From an uncultured Gemmatimonadales bacterium (GTDB lineage: Bacteria > Gemmatimonadota > Gemmatimonadetes > Longimicrobiales > RSA9), in assembly GCA_963783305.1 (NCBI GenBank), contig CAWAMW010000002.1, positions 608,001 to 672,000 on the forward strand: a stretch of 64,000 bases of DNA. The letters are read 5' to 3'. The position numbers and the translations under genes were made by a program. Each line of letters starts with the position of its first letter. Within the stretch, counting starts at the first letter, position 1. The notes under the pieces were generated by a model. It made no database searches. It was given only the letters and a program-made list of their open reading frames with translations, and was not told the origin of the DNA. Positions 1 to 10,117 of the stretch are shown here, one piece after another.

Positions 1-798
1 CAGTGGCTGGCGCGGCCGGACGTGGAGGTCGTGCGGGTCCCCAGTGATGACGGTATCGGCATCGACCCGCAGCGGTGGGCGGAGGCCATCGACGAGCGAA
101 CGGCCGTCGTGGCGACGAGCCACGTGTTCTTCACGACGGGTGCCATCCAGGACCTCGCGTCCATCGCGAAGCTCGCGCACGACGCGGGCGCGCTCTTCAT
201 CGTGGACGCCTACCAGAGCGCCGGGCAGATCCCCATCGACGTGAGCGCCACGGGTGCGGACGTGCTCATCGCCGGGCCTCTGAAGTGGCTCCTCGGCGGC
301 CCCGGCCTCGCCTACACGTGGGTGCGACCCCAGCTCGTGGAGACACTCACGCCCACCATCGCGGGGTGGTGGGGCGCCGAGGACCAGTTCGATTTCGACA
401 TCGGTCGGCTCGACTTCAAGCGCGATGCCCGACGGTTCGAGCTCGGCACCCCGGCGCTGCACACCGTCCACACCGCGCTCGGCGGCCAGCAGATCATCGA
501 CGAGATCGGCGTGCCGTCGATCCGCGATCGGAACTGCGCCCTTACCGAGCGCCTGATCGCCCGCGCCCGCGACGCCGGGTTCGAGCTCCGGGTCGCCGAC
601 CATCCCGACGACCGATCGGCCATCGTGATGATCGCGGCCGGGGACCCGCACGACGCCGTCGCGCACCTGGCGGAGGCCCGCATCATCGTGGATGCTCGTC
701 CCGGCTACGTCCGTGTGTCACCGCACTTCTACAATACGGAGGAGGAGGTGGAGCGCGTGGTGGCGGAGCTCGCCGCCTGGCGAGAGGGACGGTCATGA
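1..798 (+). CDS. Class V PLP-dependent aminotransferase (kynureninase/cysteine desulfurase-like), 5' end outside window
   Basis: Motifs VDAYQSAG, GPLKWLLGGPG (PLP Lys), RRFELGTP, RVSPHFYN; frame open from base 1. Confidence 0.85.
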   Translation, partial: QWLARPDVEVVRVPSDDGIGIDPQRWAEAIDERTAVVATSHVFFTTGAIQDLASIAKLAHDAGALFIVDAYQSAGQIPIDVSATGADVLIAGPLKWLLGGPGLAYTWVRPQLVETLTPTIAGWWGAEDQFDFDIGRLDFKRDARRFELGTPALHTVHTALGGQQIIDEIGVPSIRDRNCALTERLIARARDAGFELRVADHPDDRSAIVMIAAGDPHDAVAHLAEARIIVDARPGYVRVSPHFYNTEEEVERVVAELAAWREGRS

Positions 799-1130
799 GG
801 GAGGGCGAGCTGACGCTGCGGGAGGCCCAGGCGGCCGTGGACCGCTGGATCTCGCGCTTCGAGGAGGGCTACTGGCCACCGCTGGCCAACCTGGCCCGCC
901 TCACCGAGGAGGTGGGCGAGCTGGCGCGGGAGCTGAACCACCGGTACGGGTCCAAGCCCAAGAAGCCCGACGAGCCCCCCGCCGATCTCGCCCTGGAGCT
1001 CGCCGATGTCCTCTTCGTCCTCCTCACTCTCGCCAACGAGCAGGGGATCGACCTGGAGGACGCCTTCGCACGGGTGCTGGAGAAGTACGAGTCCCGCGAC
1101 GCCGATCGCTGGACGCCGAAGAAGGCGTAG
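795..1130 (+). CDS. MazG-like nucleotide pyrophosphohydrolase (YpjD family)
   Basis: LARLTEEVGELARE...ELADVLF motif; ATG overlaps upstream TGA (ATGA). Confidence 0.9.
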   Translation: MREGELTLREAQAAVDRWISRFEEGYWPPLANLARLTEEVGELARELNHRYGSKPKKPDEPPADLALELADVLFVLLTLANEQGIDLEDAFARVLEKYESRDADRWTPKKA

Positions 1131-1164
1131 CGAGCTTCGTCGAGGCGACGGCCGCCGGCGCGGC

Positions 1165-1815
1165 TCAGGCGGAGACCGACCGGCCGGTCTCCGAGCTCAC
1201 CCGCCGTCGGTAGAAATCCCAGGCGATAATGCCGTAGGCGTCGCGGAAGTCGCCGCACTCGATGAGCTCGTCGACCTCGTCGGGCTCCACGATCCGGGGC
1301 TGGATGTACTCGCGCTCGTCCTGATCCATCTCGCCGACGGGCTCGCAGTCGCGCAGCACCACGATGAAGAGCTCGTTGCTCTGGATCGCCGCATTGGGGT
1401 CGACGCGCCCGACGAGCTCGGCGGAGCCCGCGCGGTAGCCGGTCTCCTCTTCCAGCTCCCGCCGCGCGCACTCCACCGGGTTCTCCCCCGGCTCCACGAT
1501 CCCCGCCGGGAACTCGATGGTCACACGGCGAGTGCCGTGCCGGAACTGCTCCACCATGACGAATCGGCCGTCGGGCAGGAGTGCCACGATCTGGACCCAG
1601 TCGGGCGCGGCGAGAACGTAGAAGTCGGACAGCGACCCGTCCGGTGAGCGGGACCACTGCCGCGTCACGTCGAAGATCCGCGTCTCCTGGACCGTCTCCG
1701 TCCGCTCGTGAATCCACTCCAGGCCCCGGCGCGGGCCGGCCGGAGCCGCCGGCTCCGCCGCCCGATCCGGGTCCCGTTCCTGCGCAGCCTCCCTTTCTTC
1801 GGGGACGTCCGCCAT
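1165..1815 (-). CDS. NUDIX hydrolase (ADP-ribose pyrophosphatase-like)
   Basis: Nudix box PAGIVEPGENPVECARRELEEETGY preceded by EQFRHG. Confidence 0.9.
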   Translation of the reverse strand: MADVPEEREAAQERDPDRAAEPAAPAGPRRGLEWIHERTETVQETRIFDVTRQWSRSPDGSLSDFYVLAAPDWVQIVALLPDGRFVMVEQFRHGTRRVTIEFPAGIVEPGENPVECARRELEEETGYRAGSAELVGRVDPNAAIQSNELFIVVLRDCEPVGEMDQDEREYIQPRIVEPDEVDELIECGDFRDAYGIIAWDFYRRRVSSETGRSVSA

Positions 1816-1827
1816 GTCAGCAGTTCG

Positions 1828-1971
1828 TCAGAAGATAAAGGCCAGCACCAGGATGACGATTCCGATGACCAGGATCAGCCATGCGGCGCTGCGCAACGCG
1901 GCCACGAGCCCGCTGAACCCGAGAAGGGCCACGAGGATCACGATGATGGCGATGATGACCAGGATATCCAT
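1828..1971 (-). CDS. Small 47-aa two-TM membrane protein (DUF1328-like)
   Basis: MDILVIIAIIVILVALLGFSGLVAA...; GGAGA SD upstream of ATG. Confidence 0.7.
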   Translation of the reverse strand: MDILVIIAIIVILVALLGFSGLVAALRSAAWLILVIGIVILVLAFIF

Positions 1972-2062
1972 ACCGTCTCCATGTCTCCGGCCCGATCCCG
2001 CAGCCTGTATAAGTGGATAGATCGCCGGTGAGAATTGCAACTACCGGGCCGCTCCTCCTTTC

Positions 2063-3094
2063 TCAGGGCGTCAGGACGATGTTCCCGAAGGCGTCGGCCG
2101 ACTCCAGCCGCTCGTGGGCTTCCCGGGCGCGGTCCAGCGGCCAGACCACGTCCACCACGGGCTCCAGCTCTCCCCGGAAGACGCGATCCATGACCGCTCG
2201 GAACTCGTCCCGGCTCGACATGGTGGTACCCATGATCTCGATCTGACGCCAGAAGAGCAGCCTCAGGTCCACCACCCCGCGGGGCCCGGTGGTGGCACCA
2301 TACACCACCATCCTCCCCTTCTTCGCCAGTGCCCGGACATTTCTCTCGAACGTGGCCTCACCCACCGAGTCGAAGACCACGTCCACGCCACGTTTCCCGG
2401 TAGCGCTCCAGATCTCGCGGCCGTAGTCCTGGTCTTCCCGGCTCCGGTCGTAGACCGCGTCGGCCCCCAGCGCGGCGACCCGCTCGACCCAGGGCGTGGA
2501 CGTGACCGCGTGAACGGTTGCGCCCAGGTGCTTCGCGATCTGGACGGCGGCGGTGGCCACGCCCCCGGATGCGCCGGTGATCAGGACCGTATCGCCCGCC
2601 CCGAGCCGGCCCCGCGTGACCAGTCCGCGCCAGGCCGTGAGGAAGGCCAGCGGTGCGGCAGCGGCCTTCTCGAAGGCCACCCCATCGGGGATCACGTAGA
2701 GGTTCCGGGCGGGCACGGTGACGAACTCGGCGAAGCCTCCCTGGGTGTGCTCGCCGAGGATCCGGTACTCCTCGCACAGCGGCTCTTCGCCCTTCCTGCA
2801 CCATTCGCATTCACCGCACCAGAGGGACGGGTTCACGACGACCCGCTCGCCGCCGCTCCAGCCCTCGACCCCCGCGCCGATCGCGTCCACGGTTCCGGCC
2901 ACGTCGGACCCGCCGATGTGGGGCATGGTGGTCTCGATGGGCAGCCCGCGCCGGACCCAGAGGTCGAGATGGTTCATCCCGCTGGCGGCCACCCGGATCC
3001 GGACCTCGCCCCGGCCGGGCTCCGGTGTCTCCACTTCCCGGACGGACACCACTTCGGGCCCGCCATGCTCGTCGAAGATCGCTGCGCGCATCAT
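2063..3094 (-). CDS. Zinc-binding alcohol dehydrogenase / quinone oxidoreductase (MDR family)
   Basis: NHLDLW, structural Zn CGECEWC...C, ITGASGGVA nucleotide-binding motif. Confidence 0.9.
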   Translation of the reverse strand: MMRAAIFDEHGGPEVVSVREVETPEPGRGEVRIRVAASGMNHLDLWVRRGLPIETTMPHIGGSDVAGTVDAIGAGVEGWSGGERVVVNPSLWCGECEWCRKGEEPLCEEYRILGEHTQGGFAEFVTVPARNLYVIPDGVAFEKAAAAPLAFLTAWRGLVTRGRLGAGDTVLITGASGGVATAAVQIAKHLGATVHAVTSTPWVERVAALGADAVYDRSREDQDYGREIWSATGKRGVDVVFDSVGEATFERNVRALAKKGRMVVYGATTGPRGVVDLRLLFWRQIEIMGTTMSSRDEFRAVMDRVFRGELEPVVDVVWPLDRAREAHERLESADAFGNIVLTP

Positions 3095-3164
3095 CCTCTT
3101 CCCGTGGTTCTGTGTACCGTCAGCTTAATGGCCGACGGCTGTGAATTCCAATACCTTTGGCGGC

Positions 3165-3626
3165 ATGCGAGAGGATGATCCGAAGGACATGCTGAACCGG
3201 CTGGAGCAGGCGGCGGTGCGAGACGCGGCGGAGCGATCCGCGGCGGAGGCGGAGGCCGTGCCGGACCTGGTGCGGGAGCTGGGCGGCGCGGGGGCGGAGG
3301 GTCCCGCTCCCGACATGACCTTTGCCGGCTATGTCGAGACCCACGATCGGGTCCCCGCCTACGAGGGCTCCGACGGTCAGCCGTACACGGTGGACATCGA
3401 CACGGAGGAGACGGGCGACCCGGCGCGGCCGTGGGCTGCGTTCCTGGTGTTCGTGCGGTGGGCGGCGACGGGTGCGGGAATCATGGGACACGTGACGAGC
3501 GAGAACGTCGCCTATGGGAAGGACGAGTACGAGGCGCGGGCGGCGGCGCTCGACCTTACGCTGTACGAACTCAAGTCTGCGCTCGACCGGGCGATCGCGC
3601 TGCGGGAAGAGCTGCTGGAGGAATAG
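3165..3626 (+). CDS. Hypothetical protein
   Basis: Acidic ORF ending directly before the ProDH start; TACCTT -10-like hexamer 7 nt upstream of ATG. Confidence 0.7.
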   Translation: MREDDPKDMLNRLEQAAVRDAAERSAAEAEAVPDLVRELGGAGAEGPAPDMTFAGYVETHDRVPAYEGSDGQPYTVDIDTEETGDPARPWAAFLVFVRWAATGAGIMGHVTSENVAYGKDEYEARAAALDLTLYELKSALDRAIALREELLEE

Positions 3627-4541
3627 ATGCTGAGACCGCTTTTTCTGATGCTGAGCGAGAGCTCGCTGGCCCGGGGCTTCGTGACCCATGCTCCCTTCGC
3701 GGGGGCCGCGGCGCGCCGGTTCGTGGCGGGCGAGACCATCCCGGAGGCGATGGCGGCGGCGCGGGAGCTGAACGCGCGTGGCCTCACGGTCACCATGGAC
3801 TACCTGGGCGAGTCCGTGAGCGACCGCAGCGAGGCTCGGGCCGCCGCGGACACCTACATCGAGATCATCGACGCCATCGGCGCGAACGAGATCGATGGGA
3901 ACGTGTCGCTGAAGCTGACGCAGATGGGGCAGGACATCGACGAGGAGTTCCTCCGGTCGAACGTGAGCCGGGTCGTGGACCGCGCCCGGGCCGATGACAT
4001 GTTCGTTCGGTTCGACATGGAGTCCAGCGACTACACGCAACGGACGCTGGACTTCTTCGAGCGGATCTGGAACGAAGGAACGCGCAACATTGGCGTGGTG
4101 CTCCAGTCCATGCTGCGGCGCACGGAGTCGGATACGGAGTGGGCCAACCAGCTGGGCGCTCGCGTCCGCCTCTGCAAGGGCGCCTACATGGAGCCGGCGA
4201 GCGTAGCGTTCCAGGAGAAGTCGGAGGTGGACGCGAGCTACGTCCGCTGCATGAAGCTGCTGCTGAGCGAGGGGAACTACCCCGGCATCGCCACGCACGA
4301 CGAGGCCATGGTTCAGGCCACCATCGAGCACGCCCGCGCCAACGACATCGCGCCGGAGAAGTTCGAGTTCCAGATGCTGTACGGCATTCGCCGGGACCTG
4401 CAGGAGCAGCTGGTGCGGGACGGATGGCGGGTGCGGACGTACGTGGGGTTCGGTCGCGCCTGGTACCCATACTTCATGCGGCGGCTGGCGGAGCGGCCGG
4501 CGAACGTGATGTTCCTCGCCAGGCAGGTCCTGCGAGGATAG
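3627..4541 (+). CDS. Monofunctional proline dehydrogenase
   Basis: RFVAGE, SLKLTQMG, RFDME, RLCKGAY, ATHD, EFQMLYG, YFMRRLAERP. Confidence 0.95.
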   Translation: MLRPLFLMLSESSLARGFVTHAPFAGAAARRFVAGETIPEAMAAARELNARGLTVTMDYLGESVSDRSEARAAADTYIEIIDAIGANEIDGNVSLKLTQMGQDIDEEFLRSNVSRVVDRARADDMFVRFDMESSDYTQRTLDFFERIWNEGTRNIGVVLQSMLRRTESDTEWANQLGARVRLCKGAYMEPASVAFQEKSEVDASYVRCMKLLLSEGNYPGIATHDEAMVQATIEHARANDIAPEKFEFQMLYGIRRDLQEQLVRDGWRVRTYVGFGRAWYPYFMRRLAERPANVMFLARQVLRG

Positions 4542-4552
4542 CGGCCCAACAC

Positions 4553-5218
4553 ATGTCCGAGTTCCTCCGCGTCACCGAGATCTTCCACAGCCTCCAGGGC
4601 GAGTCCACCTGGATCGGGCTGCCGTGCACCTTCGTGCGCCTCACCGGCTGTCCGCTCCGCTGCGTCTGGTGTGACACGGAGTACTCGTTCCACGGCGGTG
4701 AGAAGATGTCGCTGGACGCCATCGCCGCGCGGGTCGACGAGATCGGCGCGCCGCTGGTCGAGATCACGGGGGGCGAGCCGCTCGTGCACCGCAACGCCTT
4801 CACGCTGGCCGAGCGGCTCCTGGACGCCGGCTACACGGTGCTGGTGGAGACGTCGGGCGCGATCGACATCGCCCCGCTCGACCCGCGGGCCCACCGGATC
4901 ATGGATCTGAAGTGCCCGGGCTCGGGCGAGTCCGCGAAGAACCTGTGGTCGAACATGGACCACCTGACCGGGCGGGACGAGCTCAAGTTCGTGATCCGCG
5001 ATCGCCCGGATTACGAGTGGGCGCGGGACGTAGTCCGGGAGCGGCGTCTGGAGGAGCAGGTCGAGAATGGGAACCTCCGCGCCATCCTGTTCTCGCCGGT
5101 CTGGGGCGATCTGGAGTTCTCCGACCTTGCCGGGTGGATCCTCGAGGACGGGCTGCAGGTTCGCTATCAGCTCCAGCTCCACAAGCTCGTCTGGGGACCG
5201 GACGTGGCCGGGGTGTAG
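4553..5218 (+). CDS. queE: 7-carboxy-7-deazaguanine synthase (radical SAM)
   Basis: EIFHSLQGE, CPLRCVWCDT, ITGGEP, QLQLHK. Confidence 0.92.
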   Translation: MSEFLRVTEIFHSLQGESTWIGLPCTFVRLTGCPLRCVWCDTEYSFHGGEKMSLDAIAARVDEIGAPLVEITGGEPLVHRNAFTLAERLLDAGYTVLVETSGAIDIAPLDPRAHRIMDLKCPGSGESAKNLWSNMDHLTGRDELKFVIRDRPDYEWARDVVRERRLEEQVENGNLRAILFSPVWGDLEFSDLAGWILEDGLQVRYQLQLHKLVWGPDVAGV

Positions 5219-5253
5219 CTCCGCGGCGGCCGGTCGGGTTGGCGCCCCCGGGC

Positions 5254-7614
5254 TCAGCGCGTCAGGAAGGGCAGCGGGCCGCATTCTGCCGCGCTCGCCA
5301 CCGGTCCCATGTACAGCGACGCCATGTCGTACTGCCCGCCGGCGATCCTCTCCACGCGGTCGAGGAGCGTGGTGAGCATCTCGACCATGAATTCGTTGGG
5401 CGCAGGGTCCCGGCTCCGGCCTTCCATGCGGGCGGCCAGCCAGTCGCGGGCGTCGGCGCCGCCCAGCGCCACCGCGGCGTCCAGTGCCAGACCGCGCGCC
5501 CGCGCCTCGGTCACCAGCCCCACGAGGGTTCTCCGGGCGGAGGTCACGCCGTTCTGGTAGGCCACCACGCGACAGGCGCCATCCACCATGGCCAGGACCT
5601 CGTTGCGCGCCTCCTCGAGCCGGTCCAGGCGGGCCATGGCCAGGCTCAGGCGCGCCGGTCGGGGCTTGTCCAGGAGGTCGGAGCCCGGCTCTGATTCGGC
5701 AGAGTCCGCCAGCACGACCTCCAGCTCCGGCTCCGGGTCGGGAGCCCACTCCGCGTTCGGGTCGTCCAGCTGCGCTTCCACGAGCCGACGAGCCAGGTCC
5801 TGCGCGGTGGGAGCTCGCGAGCGGCCGTAGCTGCCAGCGAACCACCGACGGGTCTCGGGATAGACCGGAGCGACCTCGTCGAGCAGCGCCACGAGCGCCT
5901 GCCCCGCGCCACCGGTGATGTCCGGCGGACGCACGGTGCCATAGCCGGTCAGGACATCGTCCTGCACGGAAGACAGGTACCCGTTGATCCGGCCCTCCCG
6001 GGCCAGCGCCACCGCCACGAACCAGTCCATGCTCCGGGCGAAGACCTCCGCCGGCCGCGTGGCATGGGCGTCGTAGGTGGCCTCGTTCCCGTCGGCCAGC
6101 GATGCGGCCGTGAGTCCTCTCAGCACGCGCGACAGCTGGTCATCGGAGAGGCGCACCGCCCGATCCGTTCCGTAGTCGCCCCGGACGCGGTAGCGGCGGA
6201 GCGCCGTCTGCCAGTCGATGTCATGGGCCACCTCGTGGGCGATGGTGCCGGCACCGGTGCGCGCGGGAATGTAGATCGTGCGCGTCTTGGGGTCGTGCAC
6301 GGCCAGCGTGCCGGGGCTCCCCGCACGGGGCTCGAATCGCACCCTCAGCCCCCGCACATCCAGCGAGGGCAGCACGCGCCGGAGGTCCGAGAGCGAGGTC
6401 TCGAGCATCCGCCGATAGTACGGCCGCCATGGCGCCGGAACCGACTCCGGGAACGTGATGGAGCCGAGGCCGAAGCGGTCCTCCAGGTCGCGGCTGGTGG
6501 GCCCGCCGAACCCGGGGAACCACGGCCTCTCCTGGGCGTACGCTCGCATGCCCACCGCCGCGGCGAGCTGGGCCAGTCGGGCCGGCTGGTCCAGCGCGTC
6601 GCGCTGGGCCAGCAGCGTGTACTCCGCCGCCAGCCGCTCCTCGTTCACCGCGTTCTCGAAGAAGCGAGCTGCTCCCGGCCCCGGGTCGCGCACGAGCCGC
6701 CCGTACGTCTGGACCGCCAGCGCCACGGGTGTCTGGGGAGGCGCATCGTACTCTGCGGACGCGCGGGCCAGCTCCAGTGCGGCCGCCGCGCTCAGGACCG
6801 GCCGGTCCAGCGGCTCCCGCCGCAGGATCATGGGACCCCGCCTTGGCCGGTGGCGGATGTCGCGGATACTCTCCAGGAGCCGGGGTGCACGGGCGATGGC
6901 ATCACGCTCCACGGAGGCCGCGGCCGAGAGAATGGCCGGCCGCTCCACCTGGAAGCTCCGCTCGACGCGCCACACCGTGAGGAGCGAGAGCGGGTCGGTC
7001 TCGGACCCGGCGGCGCGCAGCAGGCGGCTGGCGTCCTGCTGGCTCTGGGCCCGGTCACGGATCAGCGCGGCCACCCGGAGCGCCCGGTCCTTGAGCGTGG
7101 ACGAGACGGTCCCCTCCGCGGCCGCCATGGTATACGCGAGCCGCACGGCCAGCATGCCCCCGTCCGGATCGGCCGACCCGCGGATGGCCCGCTCGATCAG
7201 GGCAAGGTGGCGACGGGCCACCTCGGAGTCCCGCTCATCCAGAGCTGCCGGATCGATATGGTAGCTCTCTCCCTTGAGGGTGTGGTCCAGGAGCGCCCAA
7301 GCCAGCCGTTCGCGGGAATCGTGCTCCATGCGCGGGTCCTGGAGCGCGTGCTCGATCAGCCGGAACGGACTGCCGAGGCCGAGCCGCAGTCGCTCGATGT
7401 AGCCGGCCGCGATCGCCTCCTGGGTGCTGGGCGTGATCGCGCTCTGGACGGCCAGGCGCTCCGCATGGGCGCGGCCCCGCTCGAGCTCGCGCTCCACGTC
7501 GGAGGCGATCCCGGAATCGTCGATCGGGCCGCAGGCCGCCACCGCCGCGGCCACGGCGACCAGCCACCCACAAAGTTGTATTCCCCGGCCCCTCATCGGG
7601 CTCCCGCCGTTCAT
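5254..7614 (-). CDS. Large putative lipoprotein with zincin-type HExxH metallopeptidase / LPD1-like region
   Basis: N-terminal hydrophobic stretch ending VAAC; AHEVAHDID followed ~55 aa later by PAEVFARSMD. Confidence 0.7.
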   Translation of the reverse strand: MNGGSPMRGRGIQLCGWLVAVAAAVAACGPIDDSGIASDVERELERGRAHAERLAVQSAITPSTQEAIAAGYIERLRLGLGSPFRLIEHALQDPRMEHDSRERLAWALLDHTLKGESYHIDPAALDERDSEVARRHLALIERAIRGSADPDGGMLAVRLAYTMAAAEGTVSSTLKDRALRVAALIRDRAQSQQDASRLLRAAGSETDPLSLLTVWRVERSFQVERPAILSAAASVERDAIARAPRLLESIRDIRHRPRRGPMILRREPLDRPVLSAAAALELARASAEYDAPPQTPVALAVQTYGRLVRDPGPGAARFFENAVNEERLAAEYTLLAQRDALDQPARLAQLAAAVGMRAYAQERPWFPGFGGPTSRDLEDRFGLGSITFPESVPAPWRPYYRRMLETSLSDLRRVLPSLDVRGLRVRFEPRAGSPGTLAVHDPKTRTIYIPARTGAGTIAHEVAHDIDWQTALRRYRVRGDYGTDRAVRLSDDQLSRVLRGLTAASLADGNEATYDAHATRPAEVFARSMDWFVAVALAREGRINGYLSSVQDDVLTGYGTVRPPDITGGAGQALVALLDEVAPVYPETRRWFAGSYGRSRAPTAQDLARRLVEAQLDDPNAEWAPDPEPELEVVLADSAESEPGSDLLDKPRPARLSLAMARLDRLEEARNEVLAMVDGACRVVAYQNGVTSARRTLVGLVTEARARGLALDAAVALGGADARDWLAARMEGRSRDPAPNEFMVEMLTTLLDRVERIAGGQYDMASLYMGPVASAAECGPLPFLTR

Positions 7615-7623
7615 AGGATCGTC

Positions 7624-7920
7624 CTAATCCACTTCTTCCACCGCCCGCCGCAGCCTCGGCCAGATCCAGCGCGCGTATCGGAGGAAGTTCGCCCTGTGCT
7701 CCGGCCGTGTGGCCAGAAAGGACCACGCCGCCCGCCCCGCCTTCTCCGCGTTGCACGCCCGGCAGCAGGCCACGAGGTTGCCGGTGGAATGGTCCCCGCC
7801 CTTCACTCTCGGCTGTACGTGGTCCACCGTGAGCTCCGCGATCTCGAACTGCTCCCCGCAGTAGACGCAACGGTTATCGTGCATCTCGAGGATCCGCCGT
7901 TTGCGCTTCGGGTTCGCCAT
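7624..7920 (-). CDS. HNH endonuclease (McrA-like)
   Basis: CVYCG...TVDHVQPRVKGG...NLVACCRACNAEK. Confidence 0.92.
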   Translation of the reverse strand: MANPKRKRRILEMHDNRCVYCGEQFEIAELTVDHVQPRVKGGDHSTGNLVACCRACNAEKAGRAAWSFLATRPEHRANFLRYARWIWPRLRRAVEEVD

Positions 7921-8012
7921 CGCCGCTCCGTACGTACGTTCCTACTCTGATACCTCGTACACCGCGTTTTGCTCCGTTGCCGGCGCGACTCGACCGCGCC
8001 ACGTTGAGGATC

Positions 8013-8612
8013 ATGCCCGACCGCGACCCGCGCCTCAGCGCGCTCCGAACCGCTCTCGAGAAGAGGACCCCGCTCCGGGGGGAGCCGGACCCATCGCTCT
8101 CCCAGGCAGCCGTCCTCCTCATGCTCCGGCCCACGGACCCGCTGGAGCTGCTGCTGATCCAACGCGCGGAACAGGAGGGCGACCCATGGTCGGGGCACAT
8201 GGCCCTGCCCGGCGGCCGCCGGGAGACCCAGGACGGAGACCTGCTCTCCACCGCCCTGCGCGAGACGGAGGAGGAGGTGGGGATCATCGTCCCCGACACC
8301 CTGATCCTGGGGGCGCTCGACGAGCTCCGGCCCACATCGCGCCACCGGTTCCGGCTGACCATCGCGCCCTACGTGGCGGCCGTTCCGGTGGAGACCGCGC
8401 CGGTCCCGTCTCCGGCGGAGGTGGAGACGGCGGTGTGGATGCCGCTTCCGCACCTGGCGAACGACGAGGCGGTGGATGAGGTCCTGATCGAGCTCGAAGG
8501 GGAGTCGTTCTCGCTGCCCGCGCTGAACTACCAGGAGTACGTGATCTGGGGGCTCACGCACCGGATCCTGACCGACTTCATGGCTGTGGCGCGGGAGGCC
8601 GGGCTGGTCTGA
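8013..8612 (+). CDS. CoA pyrophosphatase (NUDIX, NudL family)
   Basis: AAVL, WSGHMALPGGR, ALRETEEEVG, IWGLTHRIL. Confidence 0.9.
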   Translation: MPDRDPRLSALRTALEKRTPLRGEPDPSLSQAAVLLMLRPTDPLELLLIQRAEQEGDPWSGHMALPGGRRETQDGDLLSTALRETEEEVGIIVPDTLILGALDELRPTSRHRFRLTIAPYVAAVPVETAPVPSPAEVETAVWMPLPHLANDEAVDEVLIELEGESFSLPALNYQEYVIWGLTHRILTDFMAVAREAGLV

Positions 8613-8627
8613 GCTCGAGCCCGCCGC

Positions 8628-9749
8628 CTACGCGTTGAGGCGCCAGGCGAAGCCCGGCTGACGCCCCTCGCTGAATCCCTCCAGCTCCGCCAGCTCCGGC
8701 GCGGGCAGCCACGCGTCCCGCTCCGCCCGCACCTTCTCGGCCGCCGACTCCACCTCCTCGGTCACCTCCGTCTCCACGGCCGCGAGACGACCCCGGTCCG
8801 TGCCCCTCGAGACCAGATACTCCTCGTACATCCCGATGGGATCCCGGGCGCCCCACTCCCGGAAGAGCTCCGCCGGGAACGTGCGGCGGGCCTCCGACTC
8901 GTCGTGCGTTGCGTGCCCCCCCATGCGGAACGTATCCACCACCATCAGCGTAGGCCCGCCGCCCTCCCGCGCCCGCTTCGCCGCCAGGCGAGTCGCCGCC
9001 CACACGTCCAGCACGTTGTTCCCGTCCGCGAAGGTTCCGGCGACCCCGTACATGGCCGGCCACTCACGGAACGAGCCACCCTGGTGCTGGTCCAGACGCG
9101 TGCCGAGCGCCACCTGGTTGTTCTGGACGATGAAGATGGCCGGCACCTTCTTGACCGCGGCGAGGTTGATGCCCTCGTGGAACGCCGAAGTCTTCGTGGA
9201 GCCGTCCCCCACCCAGGTGAGCGCCACCCGATCGTGACCGCGCTGCATGAACGCCATGGCCACACCGGCAATGACCGGGACCATGTCGCCCACGTGCGAG
9301 ATCGGCTGGATGACGCCGCGGTCCGGATCGCCGAAGTGGCCGTCCCTGCCCAGCGTGTTGCTGCGCGTGGTGGCGAACACGCCGTGGAACGCCTCCTCCA
9401 CGGGCATCCCCATCTCCATGAGCGCGCCCGCGTTCCGGATCATGGGGGCGACCACGTCGCGGCCGGGCTCCAGTGCGTGTACCGATCCGACCGTGACCGC
9501 CTCCTCTCCGGTCCCCAGCCACGCCTTGGACAGCGCCCCCTGCCGCACCCACCGCTTCAGCGTGATGTCGTGGAGGCGCGTCCGGACCAGGCCGGCGTAC
9601 AGCCGGAGGAGGAAGTCCTCGTCCAGCCCCCGCACCAGCTCCCACCGCTCTTCCTGGTCGCGCAGGCGCTGCGCGTATTCCGCCACGAGCTCGGGGTCCG
9701 GAGCCCAGTCCACGTACTCCGGCGGATCGAATGGGGGGTAACGTTTCAT
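8628..9749 (-). CDS. TPP-dependent 2-oxoacid dehydrogenase E1 alpha subunit
   Basis: GDGS...QNNQ TPP motif, RMGGHATHD phosphorylation-loop-like segment. Confidence 0.88.
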   Translation of the reverse strand: MKRYPPFDPPEYVDWAPDPELVAEYAQRLRDQEERWELVRGLDEDFLLRLYAGLVRTRLHDITLKRWVRQGALSKAWLGTGEEAVTVGSVHALEPGRDVVAPMIRNAGALMEMGMPVEEAFHGVFATTRSNTLGRDGHFGDPDRGVIQPISHVGDMVPVIAGVAMAFMQRGHDRVALTWVGDGSTKTSAFHEGINLAAVKKVPAIFIVQNNQVALGTRLDQHQGGSFREWPAMYGVAGTFADGNNVLDVWAATRLAAKRAREGGGPTLMVVDTFRMGGHATHDESEARRTFPAELFREWGARDPIGMYEEYLVSRGTDRGRLAAVETEVTEEVESAAEKVRAERDAWLPAPELAELEGFSEGRQPGFAWRLNA

Positions 9750-9758
9750 GTGGGAAAG

Positions 9759-10117
9759 CTAGCCGTGCGCGCCGCGATCAGCGAACGCATTCGTCTCCGG
9801 GGCCTGCTCCCTCATGTCGATGACGAACGTGGCGCTCAGGTCGTACGGGTGGGTGAGTAGATCCGCCACGAAACGGTAGGAGCCTGCCGGGGCCTGGCAC
9901 ATGTCGGCGCCCCCAACCGAAAGCGCCCAGCGCACCACGATGGGTTCACCGGGCTCGAGATCCCGATAGGAAAACGCGCTGGTACAGCTGTACTGAGTGG
10001 CGGGGAACGGAACCAGCCGGTCGTCGTGATAGACTGCGGCGAAGGAGAGCACCCCATGCTGCTGCCGAGCACCACCGTGTCGTCTCCCAGATTCTCATAC
10101 TTAAGCACGGCCACCAC
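9759..10117 (-). pseudogene. Frameshifted remnant of a small beta-rich protein gene
   Basis: Two overlapping ORFs (VAVLKYENLGDDTVVLGSSMGC and LSFAAVYHDD...) join by restoring one C at ~10048 (tgc[c]tc tcc); no intact N-terminus. Confidence 0.5.

Noticed and set aside
4553..5218. queE as part of a 7-deazaguanine DNA-modification (dpd) island
   Set aside because: No dpdA/tgt-like, queC, queD or folE neighbours; context is housekeeping.
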